Shown piece by piece: positions 25,896 to 38,890 of a stretch of 64,000 bases of DNA. The stretch's first letter is position 1, and every line of letters begins with the position of its first letter. The notes under the pieces were generated by a model. It worked only from the letters and a program-made list of their open reading frames with translations. It made no database searches and was not told the DNA's origin. The position numbers and the translations under genes are program-made. The DNA comes from Tubulanus polymorphus (Eukaryota; Animalia; Nemertea): positions 11,744,850 through 11,808,849 of the forward strand of contig NC_134029.1 in assembly GCF_964204645.1 (NCBI RefSeq), written 5' to 3'.

Positions 25896-27196
25896 TTACA
25901 AACCAGTATTAAGTAGTACAGATATAATATCTCTTTTCTGTCGCCCATTTACAGATTCTCCTTCCATTTCACATAACACTGGTACATTATTCTCCTGCAT
26001 GTTATGCAAGCCCTCTTGCATATAATCCTCAAATTCTCCGTCAGTTAACATGCAAATGTTGTGAAGTACAAAACAAATACTAATGAAGTTCATCATCCGT
26101 TCCATGTCGCTCATATCTATATATTTCAAACGTCGGAATCGGCCTTTTGAAATACCAAAAGTATGTTCAACCCTCATGCGTGTTGAGCTATGTTTGAAAT
26201 TGAAATTTTTCTGTATTCTGGTTAGATTGCCAGTATCTTTGAATGGGGTAATAAGGACACTGCCCAGAGAATACGCAGAATCTCCAAGTAAATGACTGTT
26301 AAGAGGAAATATACTTTCTTGGTTATCAGTACTTTCGATTGCATGCCATAAGGGAGAATTTCGAAAAACACGAGAATCATGGGTTGATCCAGGCCAACCA
26401 GTATAAACGTCAATAAATTGATAGTCACTATCACAGATAGCACATACGTTTATGGAATAAAACTTTTTTCGATTGATGTATGCTTCTGGACTCTTAACTG
26501 GTGCCTTTATTGGTATGTGCGTGCCGTCCACAGCGCCTAAAACTTTCGGGAAACCTTGAAGTCATTCGAAACCCGCAAATATTTCTTTCGTACGTTCCAA
26601 TGATGGCCACTTTATAACCTTTTGGCATGACATGTCTAACCACACAGGCAGATACCTTACCTGAAAAAAAAACAAAATACAACAAATGATTATTACATTA
26701 CAATTATAAATTTTCCATCAAAACTAGTTTCAAACGACTCACCGATAATTTAATGCACGGATGCTTCACACACGCCAAACATGTCAGCAATATGCATGAG
26801 TGTTGCCTGTGTTCCTGCATAATATAAGTAAACAAGTAGTTTTTCCACGGGTTTATTTCGTGTACCACTTTCGATGATGTACGGTCCAACATACTCCAAA
26901 ACCCTATCAAATGTTTCACGAGTCATTCTAAAACGTAGCCTAAAGTCCTCTGGCAGATATCTACTTACTGTAACGTCACAGTAATTTGTAATCCGATTTA
27001 CAGTTCTCCTCTTTTTGTGTTTAACACTCTCAAAAACATTTATCAGAACACAAGCTGGGGTCGATGACGAACGTTTTAGAAGCGTATTTTGATAACGGTT
27101 TGAACGAATACTGCTATTGGTCACAGAACCAACAGAGGAAGACAATTCAGCTATCGACAAAACGCAGATGATTTTCTTCTCGCTATCATCGACCAT
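25896..27196 (-). pseudogene. Harbinger (HARBI1-like) DDE transposase, intron-containing, with stop/frameshift
   Basis: FRLRFRMTRETF, AVDGTHIPI, YINRKKFYSIN, GWPGSTHDSRVF, LLGDSAY, FNFKHSSTRMRVEHTFG..KGRFR, LHN motifs. Confidence 0.92.
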
Positions 27197-27599
27197 TTTG
27201 AATACCCCACACAGTAAACCGTCGCATTTGTTCACACTACGGCAAACCGGTTTGTGACGTAATAAACCGAAATAAACCAGTTTGTGCAAACCGCTTTCAA
27301 ACAAATGCGCCTACGGTATCTTCACCCTTCAAGTGATTCGAACCCACAACGCTAAAGCTGTTCGCCGAACGCTAGAGCTGTTCGCTGGTGGAAGCGAGTT
27401 CGGGAGTGATACCGGACCCCTGGCAAGCGAGGATGTACACACGTGTCTGTTTAAAGAACATACCTTTAACCGCCCTTTGGTTTTTTTCTTTTCGGGTGAA
27501 ATATAGAATCCAGTCCGAGTCTGAGCTGATACCGTATCGAAATTACTTTAAGGTTCGAGCGCCAAAATGTACAGACAAAAGTACATTATTTCAGGCCAA

Positions 27600-27817
27600 G
27601 ACACTGAGGGATAGCGGGCCTTTTTTCGCGCGAGAAAACAAAACATTTTGGTTTTCTCGCGCGAGAATTCAAAACTTTTTGAATTCTCGCGCGAGAAACC
27701 CAAACTTTTTGAATTCTCGCGCGAGAAAACAAAAAAAGAGCCACTGTGAAAATTTTTTTGTCGTTGCTCTAGCCGTACAGAAAATTTATTTAGTATTGCC
27801 CGAATCAGCCACCATAC
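27600..27817. repeat. Short MITE-like remnant with four ~30-bp units containing palindrome TTCTCGCGCGAGAA
   Basis: Units near 27623, 27653, 27684 and 27714; end CAGCCCACCATAC resembles the end of the satellite block at ~5752-5764. Confidence 0.55.
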
Positions 27818-28654
27818 AAAACAGATTTAGACAGTTGATCATTTCATACCTTGTACATGTTTTAAAATACAATGTATCTTTACTTGAAGTGAATGAAACT
27901 TATAAGTGGTTATGATACATCAGCAGCAGAAAAGCACTAGGCTAGTGCATGATGCTGTTTTTTTTTCTTATAAATAACATGTTCCATTCTTTAAATTGTT
28001 AAATCCGTTTCTTTAAATTGTTTAATCGATAACGAATGCACTGAGTGAGAACCTGACTGGTGTCAGTGAAAGTGGTATATCACTCGGTCACATGCGAGCT
28101 CCTTAGTACACGCAGTATTACGGAGCGCAACGCTAGGGACTGGGTGAAGTCCTGAAATGAATCATTCGGGTTGCATCTAAAATACTAAAATCAAAATCGG
28201 AACGAAAAACACCACAGGGCGGTTAGAGGTATGTTCTTTAGACAGACCCTATACACACGTTGATGCCAACACCGGCTTCCACTTCAAAAGTTAAGAACAA
28301 AATATCAGAAATATTTGTGATCCGATTTACACCAAATAAACCTTTAAAGAAAGGTGTTTAGCATCGGATATAGTGCCGAAAATTCTAGATTGATACACTA
28401 CATAGTTTTTCAAGTGCGCATTTTTAGTGAAAACCAATTATGTTGATTGACAGCAGGCTCAGCTCCGCGCCTCATTTTATCGATGACATTAGGTGTAAAC
28501 AATAGCATTACCACGTGCGCAATGCAAACGGAAAACAGAATTTCTTTAAACAAACTTCTCTAATGGAATATCAATTTCTTTTCATAATTTGCCTTTTTTA
28601 TGTAATTTATAATTTATACATCAGACTTTGCTTCTTCGAACCTCAGTCCTCTTG

Positions 28655-31247
28655 TCTTTAATATGTAACTGTCGGTATCAAAATATAAGATTTATATATG
28701 CTTTTCTCCAAAATGAGGTTGTAATACGTTATAGTAAAATTCATACATTAATAATTTTGATATTTCTAAAACATAAATTGGTTTATTAAATTTCATACTT
28801 GTTCTCCTCATTTTAACTGCAGCTAAATTTTCATCAAATATTCTGTTACCTATGAACTTAGGATATGATTGTAAATGTCTTATCCTTTTACCATTACTAA
28901 CTAGCTCAATATCATTTCTATTTCTAATATTTTCACAAGTCTTACCATAGAATGCATTATTCATTAACTTGAAGATATCTTTCTCGAAATCAGTTTTAAC
29001 TTTAGTTCTCTGTTGGTATTAAAATGTATATATTTTTCTAACCATTTAGATTGACTGAATGAAATATATCTATGTACTTTTTTAGAATCATTCCTTGATT
29101 CAAATAGAATTTTAATATCCGATAATGTACTACATAATTATATTTATCTTCCTGAGTTACAATTTACTTTTCTGTATGAATATGATTTTCAGGTTTAATT
29201 CTTTTTGATAATTTGATAATTCTTCATGTGTTACAGTTTTATGTTCGGGACAGTATGCTAGATTTCTAGATTTAAATTTAATGTTTTCAGGGTATTCCAA
29301 GTCTACAACAAAAAAGTAACCAGTATCTGAATCATCTGCAATATCTAGAATTCTTTTCTTCCAATCAAATTTATCATTATTTTCATGTTGTAAAACTTCA
29401 GTTATTTCAAATACCCCATAAGGTTGAGGTTCCATCATTGCCCAACCATATAGATTATTTGCATCTATATATAATAACTTATATCCAGGGTTATCATTTA
29501 CATTGAAATATCTATCGCCTAATACACCTGAAACTCCTCCTCTTATAGATTTTTCAAATGATAATAATTGATCTATATTCGTTAATAAATCCATTTTTAT
29601 ATCTGTAAATTTTAAACCACAGTCCCAAGTTTTAAACCTGGACTAGAATAACAATGACATGGATCAATATTGAAATATTTTAGATTTACATCTCTAAACC
29701 TTTCAAATATATCAGTTAATAATAATACATCTGACTTTAGGTATAAATCTACTAATTGTCCATGATTTATTATATTGAAATGATTCCAAATATCCAATGT
29801 TCTATTATGAACTTCATCTTTAACATATTCATTTTTTAATTCATCATAGAATTGTTCGTTTAATAATTCAGTTATATTAAAATCATTATGATTTTTATAA
29901 CATGAATATGAAATTGCTCCTTTATATCTCATTAATTGAAAATCATCATTATTTGGATAGTGTTGTTTTAATATTTCTAATTCATCATCAACTAATGATT
30001 TTTATAAATTATCTAACGAACTACTTAAAAATCTATATGAATCTAAAAATCCTAGACACCCAAATTGGAAAGATATATAATTCTCAGATGTTTTAGCTAA
30101 CATTCTAAATTTATAAGTTGGTATTTTAGCAACACCTTTTGATCTATTTGAATTTAATCTTTCTATTTCATTATTGATTTCTTCTATTTTATGACATTAG
30201 TTGCTTGATGAATAAATGAGCATCATACCCTGATAAATTATGAAATATAACTGGAACAAAGTTTATTTTTTTTAGCTTGTAAGTTACAATTCTCATGTGC
30301 TGCACCTCTAAGCTTTCCATTCAAATGATCATGGTCTTTTTTATCTTTAAAATTAAATAGTTTTTCGCAATAATAACATTTATCTGATAAATCAAATTCT
30401 TCTTTATCTTCTTCTGTCATTATAATTTCTATATTTGTATTTAATAGTGTACTAAATTTGATTTAATATTCAATTAATAAGTCACAAAAATGATTGATAA
30501 CATTTTCATTTCTATAATTATAATATTCACTTTCAATTAGTTCTGGATAATCAGATTTAATATATGACCCGAAAGCTGCAGCTGATTGATGAATCTTTTT
30601 GATAGTATTTGTTATTAGAGGATCTGAATAATCAATTACATCATTTTCATTAGAATTCAATTTCTTTCTTTTATGATATATTTCTTTTCTATCTTGATCA
30701 GTTAATTCTTTGTTTAATGATTCAAAATCTCCATATATTACAAATGGTACTTTATTCTTGTAAACATTGAATTCTAATACTTTATCCTTTTCATTTGGTA
30801 AAATCATTTTACAATAATCATGGTTATCACATAATTGTTTATGATTTAATACTGTTTATGATTTAATGTACTTTCATTGCTGAATCTATGTAAACATTTT
30901 CTACGTAGATATTTTTTATTGTGATTATTTTCTGTTCTAAAAAATAAATCGATTTGTTTTATCCACATATAATGATTCTCAAAATATAGTATATCTATAA
31001 CATCATTTGAATCATAATCTTTTGATAGGTATAAAGGCTCTAATGTAAAATGTTTTATATTGTTACCTTTTGTTTTAGGTAATTTGATTAAATCGAATAC
31101 ATTTATTTTTAGATTATTATCTCTTTCTATTTTTGGGATATTTTTAATTCTAACTGGATAATTATCTATCTTATAATTATTTTCAAATTGTTTATAATTT
31201 GTTAATCTATAAGTATGTTGATTATAATCTTCAACTGCATGTAAACC
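28655..31247 (-). pseudogene. polB: Protein-primed PolB, central and N-terminal fragments (copy B), heavily frameshifted
   Basis: MNNAFYGKT, YIDANNLYG, LYLKSDVLLL, DHDHLNGK.RGAAHENCN, VIYGDFES; colinear with ~58837-61410. Confidence 0.92.
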
Positions 31248-33221
31248 GAATAAAATTCGACTTTACAACGATTGCATTGCATGAATGGTTAGAACGCGAG
31301 GGCGGATATAGCCGAAACGGTTAGGTCGCGCAGGCGCATTACTTACGTCAAACGGCTTAGCTGCCTGATTATCATATAGCTTAAATTAGAACTCAAGCAC
31401 GAGGTATTACGAGCGACTGGGAGACAGAGAGGAATAGTCCTCGCTGTGTCCCAGTCCCAGCATCACAGTGATGTGGAAACTCGTTAGAATAACACTTAAT
31501 GTCCGTATATTTATACTAGAGGGGTCGATTGTCGATCGATAATACTTCTCGTGAAATAGGACGGATAATGCCCTATGATTAAGGCGATTAAGGATTAAGG
31601 AGGGGAGGGAAGACATCGGCGACAGTGCTAGTACCCGACTGGAACTCAGTCTCTGCGGATTCTCGTCTAACGGCTGACCGGTAGTTCCCAGTACGATGAT
31701 AATCCGTCTTCCAGAGGTGCCATTGGTTGTGATTTGTGTTCTCAGGTAATAATCTAGTGTCTTTTGAATTTAAAAAGAAAACATTGTCTGTACATTAAGA
31801 AATTATGTTCAGATATATCACTGAGCTGAACTACACGTCATTAGGCCTACTTAAGAATTTCACTCCATTTTGAAATGTTTGTTAATAACCTGTAATTGGT
31901 TGTGTTAATTATATCCCTTACATCCTTTGCATTTAAACCTCATTATCTCATATTTTCAGCTTACTGCGATCGATATCCCAGGTTCATTGTTAGAAATCTC
32001 AACTTCAAAGTACAGGAAGAATGACCTACAATTTTGGTTGAGATGTCGGGGTTTAAAATATAAGTCTGCAGACACCAGAGCTGTATTAATTTCAAGGTAG
32101 TTTTATAAATTCATTCAAAAAAACTTCCGATGTTTTTAAATGTTTTTAAATACTTTGAAGTATTCCATACAATTTAGATAATTCCAATTAAAAACCACAT
32201 GAAGACCAGTTTATTTCTTTCAGTTCAGTTAATTAAAAACAGATATTTCAATCTTGATGGCTATAGTAGAAATTTGAAATAAATTTCATTTCAGGGTTCG
32301 CTAATGTAGTCAGCGTCAGTAATTGACCCGGATCCTCACAAGACATATACATGTACAAGAGCAAAAATTATGAAATGTCCAGTATGTACGGAAGCTGCAA
32401 CCAATTCTTCAGTTAACATCAAGGATGATCCGCAAGAAATTATTTTACAGGCACCGCAGAATGGTTGGACCAAAGATATTTTAGTTTCAAAGACATTTAC
32501 TTTTTTAAATATACGTGACCATGCCGTGAAATCAGGAAAAAGACTCAAAGGTGAACAATACATAGAAAAGCCCCAGACAAAGTTTTTTTATGAAAAACTA
32601 TGTACATAATGTGGCCAATGTTATGAAAAAGACACTGATTTGCTATTCGTTCGGGGTAAATGTTTTCGTTTCCAACGCATGAATGAAACCCCACATAATG
32701 TCTTGGTAGCTCTTTTCGGTGACGTAGTTCTAGTTGGTCATTGCAGTTGTGCAGCTGGAAGTGGTGGTTGCTGCAACCACATTGTTGATTTACTGGACCA
32801 TTGTAACAAAATGAAAATAGTCAAGTACCCAGAAATCGGTACATGTACTGACAACCCGCATGAATGGAACCGGCCAAGAACCGCTGGAATTTACCCAGAA
32901 CCAATTAGGAGTTATTCAGTTATCAGGCCTGAATATGGCTCCAAAAAGACTGGTATAAAATCAACACTATGATGCCAGGGCTGACTATTTGAAACACTCA
33001 CAGTTCAATGATACTTTAGACTTATTTCAAAATTTAAAGATAATAAAACCGTCTTTAGGCTTTTGTCAGATGTTCAATGAACATAGAGATATGATTGACA
33101 CGAAAATAGGTGTTCAAACCCCGGTCGGTAGTGTTCTAAGTTATCAACTTAGTATTTCTGAAGGAGATTGAAGGATGTTGTCAGTGATTTTTCTTCATAC
33201 TCAGATTCATCAGTTATTTTT

Positions 33222-35028
33222 GGGTGTTCGAACTTCGCTGAATCGCTGAATCGCTGAAACGCTGATTATTATATTAATTTCGCTGAATCATTGAATTTAT
33301 TCTTAAATACCCTGAATCTATGTAAATCTTACATATTCTAAATACAATTATTATTTGATCGATTTAATGAGAAATTTCGTTACATTTTCGAAAAAAATCT
33401 AGTTACACGGACTACGGTAACGGACGTAGTATTCTGCGGACTGTGGTAACGGCCTTCGGCGATGGTCACCGGTACTACTTATACCATAGAATAGAAACTG
33501 ATACAGGTACATGTACAACCGTGGCGTTCGAGCGGTGAGAACCATTTTCTCTGTGAAGAAAGGGCAAAAGTCGTATCGCCGATCGGTAGTGTTACATGTG
33601 ATAAATTCAACAGAGGAATTCCCATTAAAACAACAACTGTTTAATCGAAAATGATCACATATGATTCTGCGTGAGTTTTAACCTTACAGCTTTGTAGGGA
33701 TTCGCTCTGTGGACCCCCATTCGGCTTATTCACCTGAGAATATTACCACGCATAAATTTAATAACGGGTACTTCAAAAGTACGAAACTACGAAATTAAGA
33801 AATATGCAACGAAATTACGAAATGAAAAAATTTTGTAATTTTTTGCGCTAAAGCAGCAGATTCGTGGAGCTGGCTTCAACATGCGCACCCGGTCTAGTGT
33901 GGCAGGGTTCCGTGCCGCGACTGAATTTAGCGATGCCATCAGGGAGAATGATCTGCGCATGCTCATATACAACTGGAAGGTAGCGATTAATAAATTACGG
34001 GTTAGAGAACGAAGTGTGCCTTAAAATATATCCTGCAGTGTTTAGGCTAAAAAATTGATACCTCGTTTCTCCTCTGCTGAGGAGCTTAAAAGTCTGGATT
34101 TTGCAAGGGATGCGGATTCGAAAAGAAAATTCACGGCCGGAATTTTTTTCAAATTGCTCGTCACTACGCTGTTAAGCGGTAAAAAGATCGTAATGTAGTC
34201 CATGTGTAGGGCCTATCATTTCACTATGCTTTACCGCGTCTGAGTTTCGTGGAAATGGCGCAGCGTATTCATTATTTGTTTTTGAGAACATCCTACAAGT
34301 TTCTACTAATTGTAGACGTTCTTAAAACCCTCCAGTTTAAGAAAATAAATTCTTGAATATGGTACTTTCAAAAGATCATTTACATGCACCGCCGAGATTT
34401 TTACAGTCCTGTAGCGTTATAACGAGCTATGACCATAGTATGGGCGTGTGTTTGAAATGTGACCATTTCGTTTCGTATTTCGGTTCGTATTTAAGCACTA
34501 CTGGCAAAAAAATTTCCATTTCGTAATTTCGTAGTTTCGTAATTTCGCTCCATACTTCGTAATTTCGTTTCATATTTCGTAATTTCGTAGTTTCGTACTT
34601 TAGCAGGACCCTTTAATAACTCATACGTGTAGTACCAAGGCCGAACCAAATTTCCTAAACCTTCCAGCAAAAAAGACAGAAATACTAAAAAACCTATGAA
34701 TACAGGTACTTTATTTTGATAACATAAAATTTTATTTGACGTACCAGCAGATATAAAATTGTTGAATGCTGGATGTTATAAAAATAAACTTTCATTTTGG
34801 TCCTGGCGCGCGTCCGCAAAGCGTTTTCATCTTGCTCTAAAAGCGTACTATCGTCAAACATGGCACCACTTATATGATTTATTATTTATTATACATTGTT
34901 CGTTTTACAATTGCTTGAAAAAATCAGTAAAATTAAAAGAAATGATGATTAACATTAAATTCAGCGTTTCAGTAATTCAGCGGTTCAGCGATTCAGCGAT
35001 TCAGTGATTGAGCGAAGTTCGAACACCC
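33222..35028. mobile_element. MULE-type MITE with TCGCTGAA subterminal repeats
   Basis: TIR GGGTGTTCGAACTTCGCT; 9-bp TSD GTTATTTTT / GCTATTTTT. Confidence 0.8.
33766..34611. mobile_element. Nested MULE-type MITE with TACGAAA repeats
   Basis: Inverted ends GGGTACTT...AAAGTACGAAACTACGAAATT; perfect 9-bp TSD TTTAATAAC. Confidence 0.8.
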
Positions 35029-36228
35029 GCTATTTTTGATCATTTTCCTACAATGCCTATAAGAATTTCACCCAGATTAAAATTTCCAAGGCAGCCAACA
35101 CTTTTGGAACAAGAATTCATCAATAATCTAAAAAAGGTATATAAGACCACATATAAATGGCTATTGATCCTGAAAACTTCAAAAATGTAGATTAAAATTT
35201 GTAAGAATTACGAACTTTTGAATGAGATGAGCAATAATTCAAGTTGAATTATCGGTAAGACGATATCAATGTTTATAACTTCACCAGCGCACATTGTTGC
35301 ATTAACTTAAGACATAAGTGATATCATAAAAAAGGTTATTATCAGTTGAGTTCATCGATATTTTCACTTTGTTTCTATCTTTATCCAATCCAGAGATATA
35401 AACGAAATAAAAATATTAAACGGGGGAAAAAAAGGGACGAAAAATTCAACAATGCGGACCCGGCGGGTACCCAAAAAAATGGCGCCTGGAAACTGTAAAA
35501 AGGCTTATTGTAAATTTCCAATAATCTGTTGAACTCGAGGAACTCACTCGAAAACAGAGATTTAGTTGTGATTGGTATTCAGCTCGTAAATATCGATTGA
35601 CAGCTAGTACATTTGGTACAATATTAAAAAGGAAAGCAAAGGTTACAGCCAAATTTGTAGAATCACTGCCAACATCAAATGATATTTCACATTTACCTGC
35701 TGTACGACACGGAATAGAGAATTTCGTTATCACTAACGCCATTTTTCTCGGGGTTGCCAATGACCACTAGATGGCGCTTAATAATCACCTAGTAAAAGAC
35801 GATTGAATCTTCATCTACGACTTAATGATCATTTGAGGTAAGTATCGAGCAACTGATTTATAATCAGTGTGTTATTATCATTCTTAGGGTGCTATAGACT
35901 TACCTTATCGCATCCGTAGGCCTGAGACAAGGCCATATTGATATATATTGAGTACCTAGGGAATTGTGGAAAGCTGGTACAAGTTTTTCCCTGTGGTATG
36001 ATAGTTAATCCCGCATTCCCATGGCTAGGTGCTTCTCCTGATTCTTTAGTTATTGCTGATGGTGCTGGATATGGGTTACTTGAGGTCAAGTGCCCATTTA
36101 AAGATATGTCCCCTCGAGAGGCTTGAGTGGACAGTTCATTCTGCTCAAAGCTAGTCAACGGGAAGCCACAACTAAAAAGAAATCATTATCATTATCATCA
36201 AATTCAGGGACAGTTAGGAATTAGTGGG

Positions 36229-36618
36229 TAAAATCACAAGGGATGAAACGCCAGGCCTCCGCTGTACTTAAATTTTCAGCCAGAAAGTTGGGACAGTAAC
36301 GTGACATTCCGATGACGTCATCGCATTTAAAACTTCAACATGAAAAACATGAAAAGTTAACATATTCACAGACCGATATCAATTGTCAGATTATGATTCA
36401 TATGAAATAAATAACTTATACAGAATTAATTATGATGAAATGTATAATTCATAGTCAAAAAATGCATTCGAATGTAAGTTATTCTCAAATAATTTTCGTA
36501 TCATAGTTTCCATCTTAGATGCTTCAGGTTCGCATTCAGTCAAATAAGAAGCGTCACGTGACTGTCCCAACTTTCTGGCTGGCACGACTTGAACTGCGTT
36601 TCATCCCTTGTGATTTTA
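36229..36618. mobile_element. MITE with 23-bp TIRs and internal inverted repeats
   Basis: TAAAATCACAAGGGATGAAACGC / GCGTTTCATCCCTTGTGATTTTA; internal AGCCAGAAAGTTGGGACAGT is inverted. Confidence 0.75.
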
Positions 36619-36949
36619 TATAGTAAAGCGTGACGACCGTCTGATAATTATTCTTAACGACCAATTGTTTATCGAAACTTTATAGCGGATAAATAAACAA
36701 TATATAAACACAAGGTATTTCCGTGATATTTTGAATTTATTCGCAGTTCATATTTAGCGCCATTCTCGCGAGATTATCAACAACCCGGAAATAAAATCCA
36801 AGCCCATCGCCAAACCCCTGTTTCAGCGATCGCACGTCTCGCTGCCAACGCAGCTTCACGCTTCGGCGGTCTTTCTCGCACAGTTTCAAATTTTCCCGTA
36901 GGTTTGCCGAAGAAGAAGTCTTTAGTCGCCATGACTTCTCAAGGATGTA

Positions 36950-37769
36950 ATTTGCTAAGCGGGCGATTTGTGATCCCATTTGCGGTTTTAACCGTCGCAC
37001 TTCTCACAATATTATCGGAACCAGCATGCAACTCCGTGATGACTCCCAAGTTTCCACTTTAACCGTGGAACATTTTCACTTTTCCCATTTATAATAACAA
37101 CATCACCTTTGTGAGCATTAGCAAAGGGCTTTAGACCGGTAAGAGACCTTTCCCGCAAAGACACAAGATATTCGTTAGCCCATCGCTCTCTGAATTCCTT
37201 TATAACAGACGCGCACAACTTCGCCCGTTCCGACCCTGGAGAATCTCGACAGCCTCACTATAGCCTCTGTCCGTTAAAGGGATACCCGCAATACTCCCCA
37301 ACGCCTCACCACTCAATTGGCATTTCAGGTAGTTGAATTTGCAGACACTTGCGGCAACAAAAGAGTCCCAAAACGACTGCCATTCTAATACTGCACCAGA
37401 AAACTTCGGCAAAGTTTTTTTCGGCAAATGTACTTTTAAGCTGTCACTAGGTGCAGGATTTATAGGTTCAGTTGGCGGGGTTGGCTTATCTAAATGTTTT
37501 AATATAGTTTTCTCGTGTCTACGTGCAAGAATTCTCTGGCATGAAATCTCTGTTTTGGCCTCTTCAAAAAACTTTTGATGCTCAGTATCGTCGAGCTTTC
37601 CGTAAATTATTTCATTCAGGCCTTCAATTGTCTTAATGCGAGAACAAACTTCCATAAGAGTTTCGTGTTCCAATTCATACTCATCTTTAGCTAAATGTTC
37701 ATCAATTGCGGTAAAAGATACCTTTATAAGTCCTCTATGCGCGTTCCTACTTCGTCGGTCCTTATCCAT
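36950..37769 (-). pseudogene. Internally deleted Bel/Pao retrotransposon: gag fragment joined to integrase C-terminal region
   Basis: LPKFSGAVLEWQSFWDSF...KFNYLKCQLSGEAL (DUF1759-like) directly followed by FRERWANEYLVSLRER...GDVVII...PRLKWKLG (DUF5641-like). Confidence 0.8.
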
Positions 37770-37783
37770 CGTGAGTCTCTATA

Positions 37784-38188
37784 AGTAATAGGGGTAATGG
37801 GCTTTCAGATCAAAGGTCGAACGGTCGAGCTCATTAAAAAACAAAACATTAAAAGTAATTTAAAACTATAATATATTTTCATAACCGTGTGTATTTTATA
37901 TTATAACTAAATATTTATTCTAAGATATCAATAATTTAAAAAGCATATTGTATTAAATCAATTGGTCGCTCCACTTCGCTACCGCTCCGCTCCGCGACCA
38001 ATTGATTTATTTACAATACACAAATTCATATAATCAAATATATTCAAATGATAATAATTATTCTATTATTCAACTGAAATACACACGGTTATGAAAATAT
38101 ATTATAGTTTTAAATTACTTTTAATATTTGTTTTTAATGAACTCGACCATTCAACCTTTAAACCTGAAAGCCAATTACCCCTATTACT
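37784..38188. repeat. Left terminal fold-back hairpin (405 bp) of copy C
   Basis: ~112-bp outer arms AGTAATAGGGG...CCGTGTGTATTT / AAATACACACGG...CCCCTATTACT; inner 15-bp stem AAATCAATTGGTCGC / GCGACCAATTGATTT around a GC-rich loop. Confidence 0.9.
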
Positions 38189-38278
38189 CTTAAAATATTC
38201 ATGTAAATGAATAACATTTAAATTGACAGATTATTCAATATAAAAGTGTAAGCTCTTATAGAATAGATATATAAATAG

Positions 38279-38890
38279 TTATTTTATAAATTTATATTCA
38301 TATGGAAATTGTAGTCTCAGTAATAATTTTGAACCTTTATTATTCTTTAATTTATTCATATATTCATCATGTAATTCAGTAGGTATAATTTGATTTTCTT
38401 CCAATGATTGTTGCATAGATTTTTTATCTTTGTTATAAAATAAAGCTAAAAATCTTATATTCTCCCTAAAGTCTTTAACAATTGAATTATATTTTTGATT
38501 TAAAACCCATGTTGTTATCCCATAATGTCTCCCAGAGAAAGCTAAATAACATAACTCACTTTCTCTCACTTTTGAATCGTGTAAATTTGCGCAATCATCT
38601 ATAATGAATAATGTATTTGATCCTTTATAAGTATCAATTGCTATTTTAATACAATTATCTAAATTTTCTTTTTCTGTTTTAGGATCTAATATAATAAACT
38701 TTTTCATCTCAACTATATCTCTATTATATGTTTTATTCATTTCATAAGTGGGGCAGAATAATATTATATTATCAAAATGATTCTTATAAATAGTTTCTAA
38801 CAAATCTAATATGAAATGTGTTTTACCACAGTTTGTTACTCCAGTAACTAACATATTATGCGGTTCAAATATAAATAAATCTTTATTCAT
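38279..38890 (-). CDS. A32/FtsK-HerA-family DNA packaging ATPase
   Basis: Walker A GVTNCGKT, Walker B FIIDD, GRHYGI motif, RENI. Confidence 0.92.
   Translation of the reverse strand: MNKDLFIFEPHNMLVTGVTNCGKTHFILDLLETIYKNHFDNIILFCPTYEMNKTYNRDIVEMKKFIILDPKTEKENLDNCIKIAIDTYKGSNTLFIIDDCANLHDSKVRESELCYLAFSGRHYGITTWVLNQKYNSIVKDFRENIRFLALFYNKDKKSMQQSLEENQIIPTELHDEYMNKLKNNKGSKLLLRLQFPYEYKFIK

Larger units (their letters stand above)
20772..27312. mobile_element. PIF/Harbinger DNA transposon with convergent Myb/SANT and transposase genes
   Basis: TIR AGGCGCATTTGTTTGAAA(C/G)CGGTTTGCACAAAC at both ends; 3-bp TSD ACG. Confidence 0.9.
12536..28654. mobile_element. 16-kb composite insertion in polB; outer element Helentron-like
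   Basis: Subterminal IR GGTTCGAAGAA (12537) / TTCTTCGAACC (28632-28642), 5' GGTTC...GAACC hairpin, 3' CTCTTG end, no TSD; removing it restores GTTTTTA|TCTTTAATATG as in copy C. Confidence 0.65.
31960..36228 (+). pseudogene. Fragmented SAP + SWIM + YqaJ (lambda-exonuclease-like) gene, typical accessory gene of ISL2EU/Kolobok-type transposons
   Basis: LQFWLRCRGLK (~32027), GHCSCAAGSGGCCNHI (~32735), YRLTASTFGTI (~35590), PWLGASPDSLV...LLEVKCP (~36020); interrupted by MITEs. Confidence 0.75.

Noticed and set aside
31464-31500. RSS heptamer CACAGTG suggesting a RAG transposon end
   Set aside because: No nonamer at 12/23 spacing, no partner end, and far from the zinc-finger fragment
31250-31725. 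Possible LTR and primer-binding site (TGGCACCTCTGG on the minus strand)
   Set aside because: No second LTR, TSD or retroelement ORF could be linked
37784-38188. Terminal hairpin as an assembly fold-back artefact
   Set aside because: Arms differ by systematic substitutions and an asymmetric interior, and a different hairpin with the same ends occurs at 1765-1971; raw reads should still be checked
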